Of a stretch of 64,000 bases of DNA, positions 24,120 to 36,637 are shown piece after piece (the stretch's first letter is position 1; every line of letters begins with the position of its first letter). Made by a program: the position numbers and the translations under genes. The notes beneath the pieces are model-generated. The model made no database searches. It saw nothing but the letters and a program-made list of their open reading frames with translations, and was not told where the DNA came from. Source of the DNA: Octopus bimaculoides (lineage: Eukaryota); contig NC_068983.1 in assembly GCF_001194135.2 (NCBI RefSeq), forward strand, positions 11,761,643 to 11,825,642, read 5' to 3'.

Positions 24120-25045
24120 GGAAAACAATGTTTTTGTTCTAGACATTGTTAAAATCTATGGCTATGTCTCTCGTACAAATTTCCCATCAAAAATTCCTGC
24201 CTACTTGCTCCATCCATCCCTCAATAGTCTCCGATCAGTTTGTAACCTTGTGGTATGTATTAACAGAATTCTTTCTGCCCCACTCTCAATCAGCACTGAT
24301 GTTCCTCACAGTTTGGTTTTGTCCCCTATCTTCTTCCTTTTATGCACCAATGACTTCCTTGTCACCATATCCATTGATTCCCATTCATATGCAAATTATA
24401 TGACCTTTTATTCGTTCCTAATTTTCCCCAGAAATGCATCATTCACTTGCAAACTAATAGTACACACCAGATCTGCAACAACTTGTAAATAGATACTGTG
24501 TGTGCATACTTCAATGAGAGCTATGGTTACCTTGTTTCTTTTAACAGTAACCCCACAACAAAACTCCACAACAGTAACCCCACAACAAAATATAATTCAA
24601 GCAGTTCTCATATCAAGAAAATGCCATCATACCAGATCACAACCTCAAAACAAAAGTGGCACATAGCTAGAACCCTCATAGTTGTTCCAAATAACAGAAA
24701 ATTTCTCCTTGCAAAAGCACATCCATAGCATAGCTAAAACTGCATCCCAAATACTGGCTCTTCTCTGCAGGGTCAGAAAATATCTCAGCTTCTAATAGTC
24801 TACAAAGCTCAAGCAAGGCCCATAATGGAATACAGCTTCGATATCTAGGACGGCGTTGCTACTGTGCTCACAAACATCCTGGACTACATCTAGAGAAGGG
24901 CAACTCTACTGACATTCAACCACCAATGGACACACTTTAGTCTCTGGCCCATAGGCAGGCTATTTCTTCTCTCCATCTTTTCTGTTGCTTTTACACTGGC
25001 CTCTGTTCCTCAGAACTGGTTGGTTTTTACTTCTCCATTATCTTA
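24120..25045 (+). mobile_element. Degenerate CR1/L2-like LINE reverse transcriptase
   Basis: VLDIVK...PSKIPAYLLHPSL...SISTDVPHSLVLSPIFFLLCTNDFL...HSYANYMT corresponds to decayed GVPQGSVLSP...YADD. Downstream IAKTASQILALLCRVRKY...YKAQARPIMEYS. Confidence 0.85.
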
Positions 25046-25089
25046 GGTCAGTCAAAACCTTGCTGAGGAAATTTGGTTAATGAACAGCT

Positions 25090-25568
25090 TGCGAAGACTT
25101 GTTGGGGCAAGTGAGATCGAAACTGAACCAAATTTGATGACTGGCACCCATGCCAGTGGAGCGCGAACAGTACCATCCAAACGGGATCATTGCCAGAGAA
25201 GTGTTCTCACTCCTATGCCAGTGGCATGTAAAAAGCACCATTTGAGTTCGATCGTTTTCAGCTTCGTCTTACTGGCACTTGTGCCAGTGGCATGTGAACA
25301 AAACAAAACATTGGACTGACTCCTGTGCAGGTGGCACGTAAAAAACACCATTTGAGCATGGATGTTGCCAGTACCGCCGGACTGGCACGTAAAAAGCACC
25401 CATTACACTATCGTAGTGGTTGGCGTTAGGAAGGGCATCCAGCTGTAGAAACTCTGCTAGATTAGATTGGAGCCTGGTGCAGCCTTCTGGTTTGCCAGTC
25501 CTCAGTCAAATCGTCCAACCCATGCTAGCATGGAAGGCAGACGTTAAATGATGATGATGATGATGATG
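25090..25568 (+). mobile_element. RTE LINE 3' UTR
   Basis: Collinear with 60500-60985; (GAT)n tail. Confidence 0.88.
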
Positions 25569-26120
25569 AGATTGAATCTGACCTCCGCCTTAACCAAACC
25601 ACCTGCCTCTTGTTTATCTTTAGCAGAGTCCACTAAGTTGTAAGCATTTGGACAAGGACTCTTGTCTAAGGAAAACATGCTTACTTCTTCCCATCAGTTT
25701 TACAGACCACGAAAAAGGTCATGAGCACAGTCCTTCTTTCTATGACTAAGTCAAATATATATAAAAAAAAGGGTGATAGGGTGTAATTTGAGTGAGATTT
25801 GGCTGCTGTTTTTAGCAGACTAAGTGACTATTTGGAAGTTTCCTCCTTTGCTCATAACTAACTTAGAAGCTATTCTCAGTGGAAATCAATGACTCTCTCT
25901 TCTCTCTCACTCTCTCTTTCTCTCTCTCCCTTCTCTCTCTCATTATCTCTGTATACACACTTACCCCCACATCCCCACATGTTTTAGATAGGAGTAAGGT
26001 AGTGTCCATGATCCCGAAATTATTTACAGGGACTCCAACACTGTAGGAGGGAATGAGCATGATATTTTCAAGCAGGAAACCTGGACTGAATGCTTGCAAT
26101 AGACTGGGTACTGTTAAAGG

Positions 26121-26168
<48 letters not shown>

Positions 26169-27559
26169 GCAACAGTTCAGTAAAAGTACATCAATATTTG
26201 TGAGATATGGTTGCACAACTATTTAGAATAGTTTCTATAGTATTGTGAAAGTCACAGAAACAGGCCAATTGATTAAGCTGATAGTCAACTAGCTGATGTG
26301 TTGGTAGTTCATATCTCATCATATAATCAGTATTTCGTTGTATTCCTAACAAAGATTGAGATGAAGCAATGGCCTCATTATGATCCAGTATAAGATACTA
26401 TGGATAGAACTGCAGATAAATATCATTAGTACAATATAACTGATTTCTGATACAAGCACAAACTTAACTTTATGGTTATGATGTTTTCTTCATTACTACA
26501 TGCTTTCGGGTTCCATTGCACTGCGTGGCACCTTGGGTAAATGTTTTCTACTGTAGCCTTACTCTGATCAATGGTTTGTGAATGAAATTAATAGGTGTAA
26601 CCTACTCAGAATATGTATATAGTAAAGATGTAGCATAGGAGGACAACAAAGAAACATAGAGAATCAACGAAAACACAGATGTTCTATTAATGCAGACATG
26701 CTCTACCCTCATCAGTTGTCAATTGAAAATCATTAAGGTTTTGACACCTTCCGACAATATTATTCAATTTGGTAATGTCAGTGATTTAAGCTAATGAGGT
26801 ATAAATAAGTGGACATGATAGATGAATACACATAGACAAAGGGGACAAGAAAAGATGAGATCTATAGACTGAACAGAAAATAAAAATGAGTTATAAGGAG
26901 AACAGGAAAGATATAAAGAATGAAAGAAACAAATAGGTATTGGTAGTAACACAAAAGGAACTCATGTACATAAAATGTTTTTTTGATATCTGTTAGTGTC
27001 ACCAACGAGCTACAAAACAATATCCTGTGGGGTAGGGGTGGGAGTTTCAACATGAAAATACTAACACAATGCAAAATAAAAATATAGTATTTGAAAAAAT
27101 AGGTATGGGTGGGAACAAGAAGGACATCTGGTTGTAGAATTACTGCCTGAACAAGTCTCATCCAACCCATGCAAGTGCAGAAAAATAGATGTAAACATGA
27201 TGATGATGATGTATGAGGCATATAGAACTTTACTGACTTCAGTAAGCTGTAACTGGTGTTTATTTCATTGATTCCAGTAAAGCAAAGTTGATCCCAGTGA
27301 ACCTCATAGCAACATGTTAACTTAAGAAGACATAACTAAATATTACAAGGCATTTGTCCAACATTTTATTGCTTCAGCTAATCCATAATTAGCAAGTATC
27401 TTGTTAGCTTGCAGTGCAGATCCTAAATAGACCTAAAGAGCAAGCCAGCCTTACTGTAACTTCAGTTAGTGAAGTACTGCAGTGATGGCAAAAATCTAGA
27501 AGAATCTGAACAGCTTTACTTATTAAAAGTACACTTTTATGAACAAGTGAATGAGAGAG

Positions 27560-27860
27560 CTTCTTTATTGCTGCTTGGTCTGTTTGAAATAGCAGCCAAA
27601 TGTCCCTCGGATCACTGCCTAATATCTCAAAACTGAGGAAAAATATGATGTTTTCATGTGAGGAAGAACTGACAAAGTCTATGATCTTTCTGCCCCAAAG
27701 TTTGTAGTTGTTGATATTTGGTAAATCCTGAGGAAGCAGATCTCTTAACAATAACATTCCAGCTGTGGCCATCCAGTCTTTTTGTATATTGAAGACTACA
27801 TTGACTTTTGTTACAGTAAGAAGTTGAGAGAATTTGGCTGTCATTTCTAGCAGTACAAGT
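27560..27860. mobile_element. Old repeat-H fragments in both orientations
   Basis: gaaatagcagccaaat and its reverse complement atttggctg..atttctagcag, also seen at ~21180, 25795, 47085 and 55545. Confidence 0.55.
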
Positions 27861-27917
27861 TTGTGAAGTTATATTGACTTCAATAAAATAGCATTTTGCT
27901 CTATATTTGGTATTTAA

Positions 27918-27953
<36 letters not shown>

Positions 27954-28302
27954 TAATCAAAGTGCACAGTATTATATNNNNNNNNNNNNNNNNNNNNNNN
28001 NNNNNNNNNNNNNNNNNNNNNNNNNNNNNNNNNNNNNNNNNNNNNNNNNNNNNNNNNNNNNNNNNNNNNNNNNNNNNNNNNNNNNNNNNNNNNNNNNNNN
28101 NNNNNNNNNNNNNNNNNNNNNNNNNNNNNNNNNNNNNNNNNNNNNNNNNNNNNNNNNNNNNNNNNNNNNNNNNNNNNNNNNNNNNNNNNNNNNNNNNNNN
28201 NNNNNNNNNNNNNNNNNNNNNNNNNNNNNNNNNNNNNNNNNNNNNNNNNNNNNNNNNNNNNNNNNNNNNNNNNNNATATATATATATATATATATATATA
28301 TA

Positions 28303-29626
28303 CAGGGTGGGACTAAGAGGACGGATGTTTTTGAAATGGCTATTGCTCAACCCCAGGGACATATGTCCAACAGGTACCATTTGGTCCATGGTGGCTTAGT
28401 ATTTTTTTTTCTATTCAGGTGAAGCCATGGTACTGTGGATGATAAAGCATCACGTGTTTGCCTACGGCAGTTACATGAAGAACAACGTGTCTGTCACAGC
28501 AGTTCAATGTGAGTTTCAGTGCCACTTCAACGTTCACCGAAATCAGGCTGTTCGCACCATGACATAATCTTATGTTGTGAATCCACTTTGTACATGAGCT
28601 ACACTAATGAATAGGAAACCAGTGGGAGTGCCATGGATGGTACGGAATCTAGAAAATGTGGAACGCATCGGACAAGCTTTGATATGCCGTCTGAGTCACT
28701 CTGTTCAGAGGCATTCCTCTGAAGTTGACATCAGTAATCGATTGGTAACACGTATTTTGCATGAAGATCTGCATTTCCACCAGTAAAAATTGGTCTTTGG
28801 ACAACTGTTGAAACCATGGGACTATGCACAGCAGCTTAACTTTGCACATCAGATGGAAACAATTTTTGAGGCAAATGGCAACCTCATTTTGTTAATGAGT
28901 GATGAAGCTCATATTCATCTCAATGGCATGGTGAATCAACAGAACTGTTGTTATTGGGCTCTAGAAAATCTGAGAGAACTACACAAAAGACCACTGCACA
29001 GCCCAAAAGTGACAGTCTGGTGTGCGATTGGAAAAGCTGCCGTCATTGGTTCTTACTTTTTCAAAGACAATAATGGAAATGTTGTTACTGTGAACTCTGA
29101 ACATTACATTGAGATGATAAACAACTTCTTTGTGCCTGAATTACTATGAAAACATATGCCTATTTGACATGTGTGGTTTCAGCAGGATGGGGCAACGGCC
29201 CACACAGCCAGAGCATCAATGGATGTTCTTTTCCCTCTCCTTGGTGACCACTTCATTTCCAGGTTTGCTGACATTCCTTGGCCCGCTCAGTTCCTTGGTT
29301 TCTCTATGTGTGATTATTTCTTGTGGGGAAACTTCAAGGCATCTGTGTATGCACATAAGCCCCATACATTGGATGATTTGAAGGAAGCTATTCATGTGGA
29401 AGTCACCCAAATCGACTAATGCTGGAGGGAGAGGAGGCTGACTTCCAAGAACACCAGAAATGCATCAGTGAAAACGAACACCACATGATGGATGTTGTTT
29501 TCCACACTCAATTTTGACAAATGCTAATTCAATACAAACACATTGATGTCAATAAAATTTGTTTGCAGCTAAAATTAATGATTTTGCGAATTTTTCAAAA
29601 ACGTCCATCCTCACTGCCCCACCCTG
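28303..29626 (+). mobile_element. Near full-length Tc1/mariner element of DD41D (rosa/Visitor-like) type, inactivated
   Basis: TIRs CAGGGTGGGACTAAGAGGACGGATGTTTTTGAAA and RC CAGGGTGGGGCAGTGAGGATGGACGTTTTTGAAA; TA flanks; 1324 bp. Motifs MSDEAHIHLNG, WFQQDGATAHT, WP....SMCDYFLWG, with 41 residues between the second and third Asp. Contains stops and frameshifts. Confidence 0.9.
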
Positions 29627-29746
29627 TATATATATGTATGTGTATATATANNNNNNNNNNNNNNNNNNNNNNNNNNNNNTATATGTAAAGCCATTTTCGC
29701 ATTAAAAGTGGATACGCACCCATCTCTATTTCATTTATTTTACCAT

Positions 29747-30135
29747 TTTACTCTTTTACTTGTTTTAGTCATTTGACTGCAGCCATGCTGGAGCACCACC
29801 TTTAGTCAAGCAAATCGACCCCAAGACTTATTCTTTGTAAGCCTAGTACTTATTCTATCAGTCTCTTTTTGCTGAACCGCTAAGCTACAGGGACGTTAAC
29901 ACACCAGCATCGGTTGTCAAGCAATGTTGGGGGTGACAAACACAGACAAATAAACATATACACACACATACGATGGGCTTCTTTCAGTTTCCGTCTACCA
30001 AATCCACTCACAAGGCTTTGGTCAGCTCAAGGCTATAGTAGAAGACACTTGCCCAAGGTGCCACACAGTGGGACTGAACCCGGGAACCATGTGGTTGGTA
30101 AGCAAGCTACTTACGACACACCCACTCCTGTGCCT
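29747..30135 (-). mobile_element. SINE-A copy
   Basis: Reverse complement collinear with 14174-14583. Confidence 0.9.
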
Positions 30136-30799
30136 AATACACATTTTAGGTTTGTGTTGTAAATAATGAGGTTAGATTCTGTTCCTTTTTTTATATTTGA
30201 AAATACTCCTTATAGTGGTAATGGCAGAAAGTCTTAAGCTTATATATAATCATGTGTGTGTGTGTGTGTGTCTACATGCATGTGTAAAATATCACAAGAA
30301 CATTAGACCATTGTATTTTCCATCAACATACAGAGTAATGAATATTTCTCACCCAATATCACATCTCGCTATTGTCACAGCTCTCTCACTATATTTTTGA
30401 CACATTTGCAAATACAAATACTCACTTGATTATTTAATAAAGAAATAAAAGGAAGTCTTGAATAATTAACTTCTTGAGAAGAAATTTCCTTCCTTGATTT
30501 AAAATGATAATTTAATTCCAAAGAGACCGTGTAGTCCATTGCACACAATTAAGTGACAGTATATATTAGTATTTTTTATAAATGATAACATGAGGGCAAG
30601 GAATATCAATACTGCAACAATTAGTTGACTTCTTGCTCGCCTCTGGTAATGGAGAGTTTATATAATATTGATCTTGGCAGCTACAAATGTCATCTTTATA
30701 TTTGACAATTATGTCATATTTTGGTTTCTCTATAAAGAATGTCAGGATATATAATTAAGAACAGCTTCGTTATGTTTGTGTTCACAAATACAAAGATAT

Positions 30800-31111
30800 G
30801 TATGTATGCCATTGTTCAGTTTTATTTCAAGATTTCTCGCCAATAGAGTAAGAGCCGGTTTCTAAGCTAGATTCAAGGCTCCTTCATTGGAATTTCAACA
30901 CCAACAACAGGGTATTTTTGTATGTATGTATGTATGTATGTATGTAGGCGCAGGAGTGGCTGTGTGGTAAGTAGCTTGCTTACCAACCACATGGTTCCGG
31001 GTTCAGTCCCACTGTATGGCACCTTGAGCAAGTGTCTTCTACCATAGCCTCGAGCCGACCAAAGCCTTGTAAGTGGATTTGGTAGACGGAAACTGAAAGA
31101 AGCCCGTCGTA

Positions 31112-31162
<51 letters not shown>

Positions 31163-31870
31163 CTTTGTTTGTGTGTCTGTGTTTCTCCCCCCAACATCAC
31201 TTGACAACTTATGCTGGTATGTTTATGTCCCCGTAACTTAGTGGCTTGGCAAAAAGAGCCCGATAGAATAAGTACTAGGCTTACAAAGAATAAGTCCTGG
31301 GGTCGATTTGCTCAACTAAAGGCGGTGTTCCAGCATGGCCACAGTCAAATGACTGAAACAAGTAAAAGAGTAAAGAGTATGTATGTATGTATGTATATGT
31401 GCAAATTTGTATGTTTTATGTATGTATTCTCATGCATAGAGTTGCATATCTAGACATGCTCAAATATATTTAAATGATAAACTTCTGGAAAGTTTTACAG
31501 ATTTTTACAGTTCCGGTTATTGATTGGATCTGTAGTCTTCAAATTAGCTTTCTCCTTTCTGGTTTTGAGAATCCTAATTTCTCAAGATTGGTATTTAGGC
31601 AGTGTTACATATTCCAGGGCCCCAATAATTACAGGTATAAACCTGAACTTGTAACCTGGATAGAGTAACTGCAGATTTCTCAATAGTTCAGCATAGGTAT
31701 TCTCTTTTTCACTGGCCTTTAGCTTTACGTTAATATCCACTGGGCAGCTAATTTCCAGAACTGTGTACAGTTTCTCTTCTCTATCCCAAATCATTATATC
31801 AGGTCTGTTGTGCTTACATTTTATTGAGGTCTTCAGTGGGACATTCCACCAGTACTATGTGTTTTTGTCA
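30800..31870 (-). mobile_element. 5'-truncated R4/Dong-like (RLE-type) LINE; its 3' UTR is split by a SINE-A insertion
   Basis: YWWNVPLKTSIKCKHNRPDIMIWDREEKLYTVLEISCP (PD-(D/E)xK nuclease)...GTVKICKTFQKFII*. UTR resumes at 30945-30800, ending AATAAA plus (CATA)n. Confidence 0.85.
30946..31377 (+). mobile_element. SINE-A nested in the (TATG)n tract of the R4-like 3' UTR
   Basis: Full head-to-tail copy with (TATG)n on both sides. Confidence 0.92.
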
Positions 31871-31982
31871 TTATTCAGTTTATTTCAAGATTTCTTGCCA
31901 ATAGAGAAAGAATCGGTTTCTAACCTAGAGCCAAGGTTCCTTCATTGAAATTTCAACATCAACAACAGGGTATTTTTGTTTG

Positions 31983-32010
<28 letters not shown>
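31871..32010 (-). mobile_element. 3' terminal fragment of a second R4/Dong-like copy, in tandem
   Basis: Near-identical to 30810-30945. Confidence 0.8.
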
Positions 32011-32013
<3 letters not shown>

Positions 32014-33314
32014 GGGTACACGTTTTTGTGGAGTGCTCAGCCACTTGCACAGTAATTTCATGAGCAGGCCGTTCTATTGGTTGGATCAACTGGAACGTTC
32101 ATCTTTGTAATTGACGGAGTGCCAAGGAGGTGGAGAAGGGACATATAACATGTAAAACTTTGTAATTCCTATTTGCAAATGAAACACGTAAAATGGTGAA
32201 TAAATAATACCAAAAATTTTCCAATTTCCTGTTTTGTTATACAATAACTCTACAAATAATATTTCCATAATTCTCAATTTTAATATGTATTTTGAATTAA
32301 AATACAGCAGCAACTGGGATTACATATTGGGTTGTAATAATGGAATAGGAAGATGTGCTTCAAGAGGAAACAGCCCGGATTTACCCTATCTACCTACATA
32401 ATATATACATACGCATTGAGATATAGAAACTGAAAGATGAATATGCTTTGTTTGGTAGTGGTAGTAGTACAAACTTTTTGTACTGCAACCCAAGATGAAC
32501 AGTGACAGTAAAATATTTGGTCTGCCATGAGCCATTGGACTCATATGGCCAGAGTTTAACTCAGTTTCCATGGTATTTAAATACCAAGACTGAAATGACA
32601 ACACTCATCACTGAACGGGATGCTGGTCTGTCACAGGATTAACTTCCCAGCTGTTGTTGGAACTCACATACAGTTGAGTGAACTGGAGCAATGTGAAATG
32701 AAGTTTGTTTGCTGAAGCACAATGCACCACTTGATCCAGGAAACTCTTGCAATCGTGAGCAAAACACCCTAACAACTAGACCACGTACCGTCATGACAGT
32801 AAAATGTAGCAAACTTTAAGCCTTTAGTGTCCAGATTTACTCTCTTTTACTCTTTTACTTGTTTCAGTCATTTGACTGCGGCCATGCTGGAGCACCACTG
32901 GCATGGGTTGGACAGATTGGCAGGAGCTGACTAGCTGAAGAGCTGCCTTGGCTTCAATTGTGTGCGTTGGCATGGTTTCTATGGCTGAATGCCCCTTTTA
33001 ATGCTAACCACTTTACAGAGTGTACTGGCTGGTTTTTCATGTGGCACCAGCATGGGTGCTTTTACATGACAATCGTCTACTATTATTGCTTCGTCCTTTG
33101 GCACATGACACACCATTTCAGAAGTACCAATGTATAATGAATTATCACTGTGCTCTGCAGAAAAAAGAATTGATTTTTGAGGACATGTAAGAGTACTACA
33201 GTCTGAATTAATGTCTCTTAAAAAACTAAATATACATGGAGGATAAATTAATGAAGTAGAAATACAATGAAAGTAGCAACCATATCTTTACATTAATATT
33301 CAAAAGGAAATATG

Positions 33315-33757
33315 CTATAAAGTGATAGTATGTTGTCAACTTAATGTGACAGTCCCATGAAAGGGAAGAATGCTACTGTTATTTAGCCCTAGGAAACACC
33401 GTTTCCTGTTGGACTTAGAAATAATAATATTTCTATTTTCAAAAATCAGTGAATGTATTTCACTTCAAATATATATGTTTTCAAAGGCAGATAGGCATCG
33501 ACAGCTAGCAAGCCATGCTACTCCAGTCTGATGAGCAATGACTCTGAAATTAGTCTCTGGATGCTGGCTTTGTTGGGTGGAGGTGCTTGTCTCCGCTTTG
33601 AAAACATAAGGACACAAGAAACGGTGTTTCCTAGGGCTAAATAACAGTAGCATTCTTCCCTTTCATGGGACTGTCACATTAAGTTGACAACATACTATCA
33701 CTTTATCATGTTGCTACTGCATAAATCTCTCTGAGAAATTTAGAAATATATTATTTC
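33315..33757. mobile_element. Palindromic element of the same family as 13033-13818, opposite orientation
   Basis: Perfect 89-bp inverted arms at 33317-33405 and 33618-33706; asymmetric leader at 33707-33757; flanking direct repeat GAAATATG (33307-33314, 33758-33765). Confidence 0.85.
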
Positions 33758-34167
33758 GAAATATGTAATAGTCATCAATAATTACAAGTAGATAACATTG
33801 ATTAGAAGAATGAAGCCGGCGCTGACTCTTTAAAGTTTTTTTTCTATTGATTGAAATACCAAATTGCCTAGATAAATATTGCAATTTGTGGTTGGTGGTA
33901 GAACTGAGGTTTTAATTTACTACAGAATGCATAGGAAGACATTTCTTTTACTTCATTGATAGAATATGGTAAATTTCTAAGTTCTGACAAAACACTTTTA
34001 CTTCATAATTCTTTCTAGTTTTGGCACGGGGCCAGCAATTTTAGGGGGAGGGAGTTAGTCAAGTACATTGGCCCCAGGGTTCAGCTTGCATTTATTTTAT
34101 CAGCTTTGAAAGGATGGAAGACAAAGTTGACCTTGGTAAAATTTGAACTTGTAGTGAGACACAAGAA

Positions 34168-34420
34168 GTCAATGGTCAGGCAGAGACTGCGTCAGTCGAC
34201 AGACTTAAAAGGGCACATTTTGAGGTGTCCACACCCTTCGGTGACACCCCAACCATGCCCACTTTTGATCCTTTACAACCACCTACACATCCACCTGCAC
34301 ATGCACCTCTGACCACACCATCACCTACACCTCCACCTTCATCGCCACTACCTAACACAAACAAACCCTATGTCACCAGGACAGGCCGCACTGTGCACAT
34401 GGCCCAAAAAACTCACTAGA
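34168..34420 (+). mobile_element. Ty3/Gypsy integrase C-terminal remnant
   Basis: VNGQAETASVDRLKRAHFE, Pro-rich linker, then YVTRTGRTVH/WPKKL with a 1-nt frameshift, typical of the Gypsy pol end. Confidence 0.75.
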
Positions 34421-34814
34421 ACTATTTACATATCACCTTTTTTTTTTTTTATTCCTGTGACAGACAATTGTTTCTCATGTGCTGAGCAATACCAATGCCT
34501 TGCCATTGGACTTTGTAAAAATAATATTTTGTGCATGTTCCTTTTATATTGCTTGTGATTATTTGTTTTCAATTTCACATTTTGTATTATATTTTGTACC
34601 ACATCTCGTTGTTTGTGATCGGAGGCCATCTTTACTTTCTTNNNNNNNNNNNNNNNNNNNNNATGGCCCAAAAAACTCACTAGAACTATTTACATATCAC
34701 CTTTTTTTTTTTTTATTCCTGTGACAGACAATTGTTTCTCATGTGCTGAGCAATACCAATGCCTTGCCATTTAACTTTGTAAAAATAATATTTTGTGCAT
34801 GTTCCTTTTATATT

Positions 34815-35260
34815 TCGGTTGACTAATACTTATGGTGGCTGACGGTATGTGCATCTCTGATCATGAGCAGGTGTAGCGATGGAGCATCATAGCCATGTGT
34901 TGAGAGGAATTCTTTGGGGTTTGAATAATTCACCTTTGGAAACATGGGTGTTTTGCTCAATATCCTTAAACAAACCTTATTCAGGGACTTTTTGAGCGGG
35001 ATGGGCCACTCGACCTGAAAAAAATTCTAACTGGGCCCCACCTGCGTGGGCATGCGCTGTTTATCTTGATATGAGATCATGATGTCGCGCACATATGGTT
35101 GTGATGCATGTGCCTGGTGTACCCTTATCAGACGGGTAGTCATGATGGGTATACTGGGCTTCGTATACTTTACCCCAGTGTCACTTTGGTGGCATGCACT
35201 GCTCTCTCATTCAATAATAATAATAATAATAATGATAATAATAATAATAATAATAATAAT
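34815..35260 (+). mobile_element. Repeat-G with (TAA)n tail
   Basis: Collinear with 41310-41660 and RC of 20793-21150. Confidence 0.88.
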
Positions 35261-35479
35261 AATTTTTATTTCTAGTTTTAAGGGGAGAGGATTAGTTGTT
35301 TACATTGACCTGGTCCCAGTGTCCAGCCGATAGTCATTTTATCAACTCTGAAAGGATGAAAGGCAAAAATTGACCTTGGCAGAATTTGAACTCAGAACAT
35401 AAAGGACAAGAAGAAATACCACTAAGCATTTTGCCTAATGCAATAATCATTCAGTCAGCTGGCTGCCTTATCTTTACCC

Positions 35480-35900
35480 AATAATATCAGGATGACATAA
35501 AGATATTGTGCAATTCATAGAATTTAGAAGAAGAATATTGTTGCATGTGATTCTAAGCACAACACCAATAGTAATGTTGAATAGTTTAGGAAAATGATAT
35601 TAGCTCATCTTTTTCTTGCATAATTTATTCATTTAAAATTTTATCGCTGTTCTTAGTGAGCAATGCATATACAATAATTTCTGGTCAGCAAAATGTTTAC
35701 CAACAAGATAAAGCTGCCATTTTCTTACAGATTCAATAATCAGATATGCTTCATTTTTCTACAGCACAATGCTGACACATTCTGCATCAATCAATGTACT
35801 TGAAAAGAATACAGCAGGTCATCCATCTTCATTTAAAGTAGCAACAATCATGTCACGAGAACCATCTGTTTCCACTGTAAATGGGTAAATTTCATTAAAC
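35480..35900 (-). mobile_element. Ty3/Gypsy RNase H to integrase zinc-finger remnant
   Basis: PFTVETDGSRDMIVATLNEDG*PAVFFSSTL...KNEAYLIIESVRKWQLYLVGKHF..DQK, then KILNE*IM and SLCHPDI; stops and frameshifts. Confidence 0.8.
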
Positions 35901-36252
35901 AAAATATTCACTAAACAATCTACGATGCCTTTCGTATTGATTAGTGTATGTATAACAGTCTTGGATAAAATAATATTGGTTTTAAATTTTGGCACAGGGC
36001 CAGCAATTTCTGGTGCTCAACTGGTTCTTATTTCTTCAGACCCAAAATGAAAGGCAAAGTTGACCTCGGTGGAGCTTGAACTCAAATCGTAAAGGTGGAG
36101 AAAATGCTGGTAAGCATTTGTCCCAATGAGCTAATTTTTCCAGCTTGCTGCTGTTGGATAAAGTAATATTAATGCAATATTGATAAAGGTTGAACACATT
36201 AAAAAAACCTTGGAATCCAACAAAATTTACATGGAGATACTTCATACTCAGT

Positions 36253-36637
36253 GGAGGCGCAATGGCCCAGTGGTTAGGGCAGCGGACTCGCAGTCATAGG
36301 ATCGCGGTTTCGATTCCCAGACCGGGCGTTGTGAGTGTTTATTGAGTGAAAACACCTAAGCTCCATGAGGTTCTGGCAGGGGATGGTGGTGGACCATGCT
36401 GTACTCTTTCACCACAACTTTCTCTCACTCTTACTTCCTGTTTCTGTTGTGCCTGTAATTCAAAGCGTCAGCCTTGTCACACTGTGTCATGCTGAATATC
36501 CTTGAGAACTACGTTAAGGGTACAAGTGTCTGTGGAGTGCTCAGCCACTTGCACGTTAATTTCACGAGCAGGCTGTTCCATTGATTGGATCAACTGGAAC
36601 CCTTGACGTCGTAAGCGATGGAGTACCAACAACAACT
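36253..36637 (+). mobile_element. SINE-C (tRNA-derived)
   Basis: Head ggaggcgcaatggcccagtggttagg...gtttcgattccc; tail shared with 62487-62800 and 61262-61452; (AAC)n end. Confidence 0.88.

Noticed and set aside
27404-27844. 146-aa minus-strand ORF with plausible splice sites and a helical look
   Set aside because: Much of it overlaps old repeat-H fragments in both orientations (gaaatagcagccaaat; acattccagctgtggccatcc; atttggctgtcatttctagcag), so it is probably a chance ORF.
33117-33190. Plus-strand candidate exon KYQCIMNYHCALQKKELIFED with GTAAGA donor
   Set aside because: Weak acceptor, isolated, no homology; within chance expectation.
34399-34814. 152-bp duplication (34399-34550 vs 34663-34814)
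   Set aside because: Flanks a gap and differs by 2 nt; likely two haplotypes or an overlap artefact.
36253-36325. tRNA-like heads of SINE-A/B/C/D/E as tRNA genes
   Set aside because: No complete acceptor stem, and each continues into a multi-copy SINE body.
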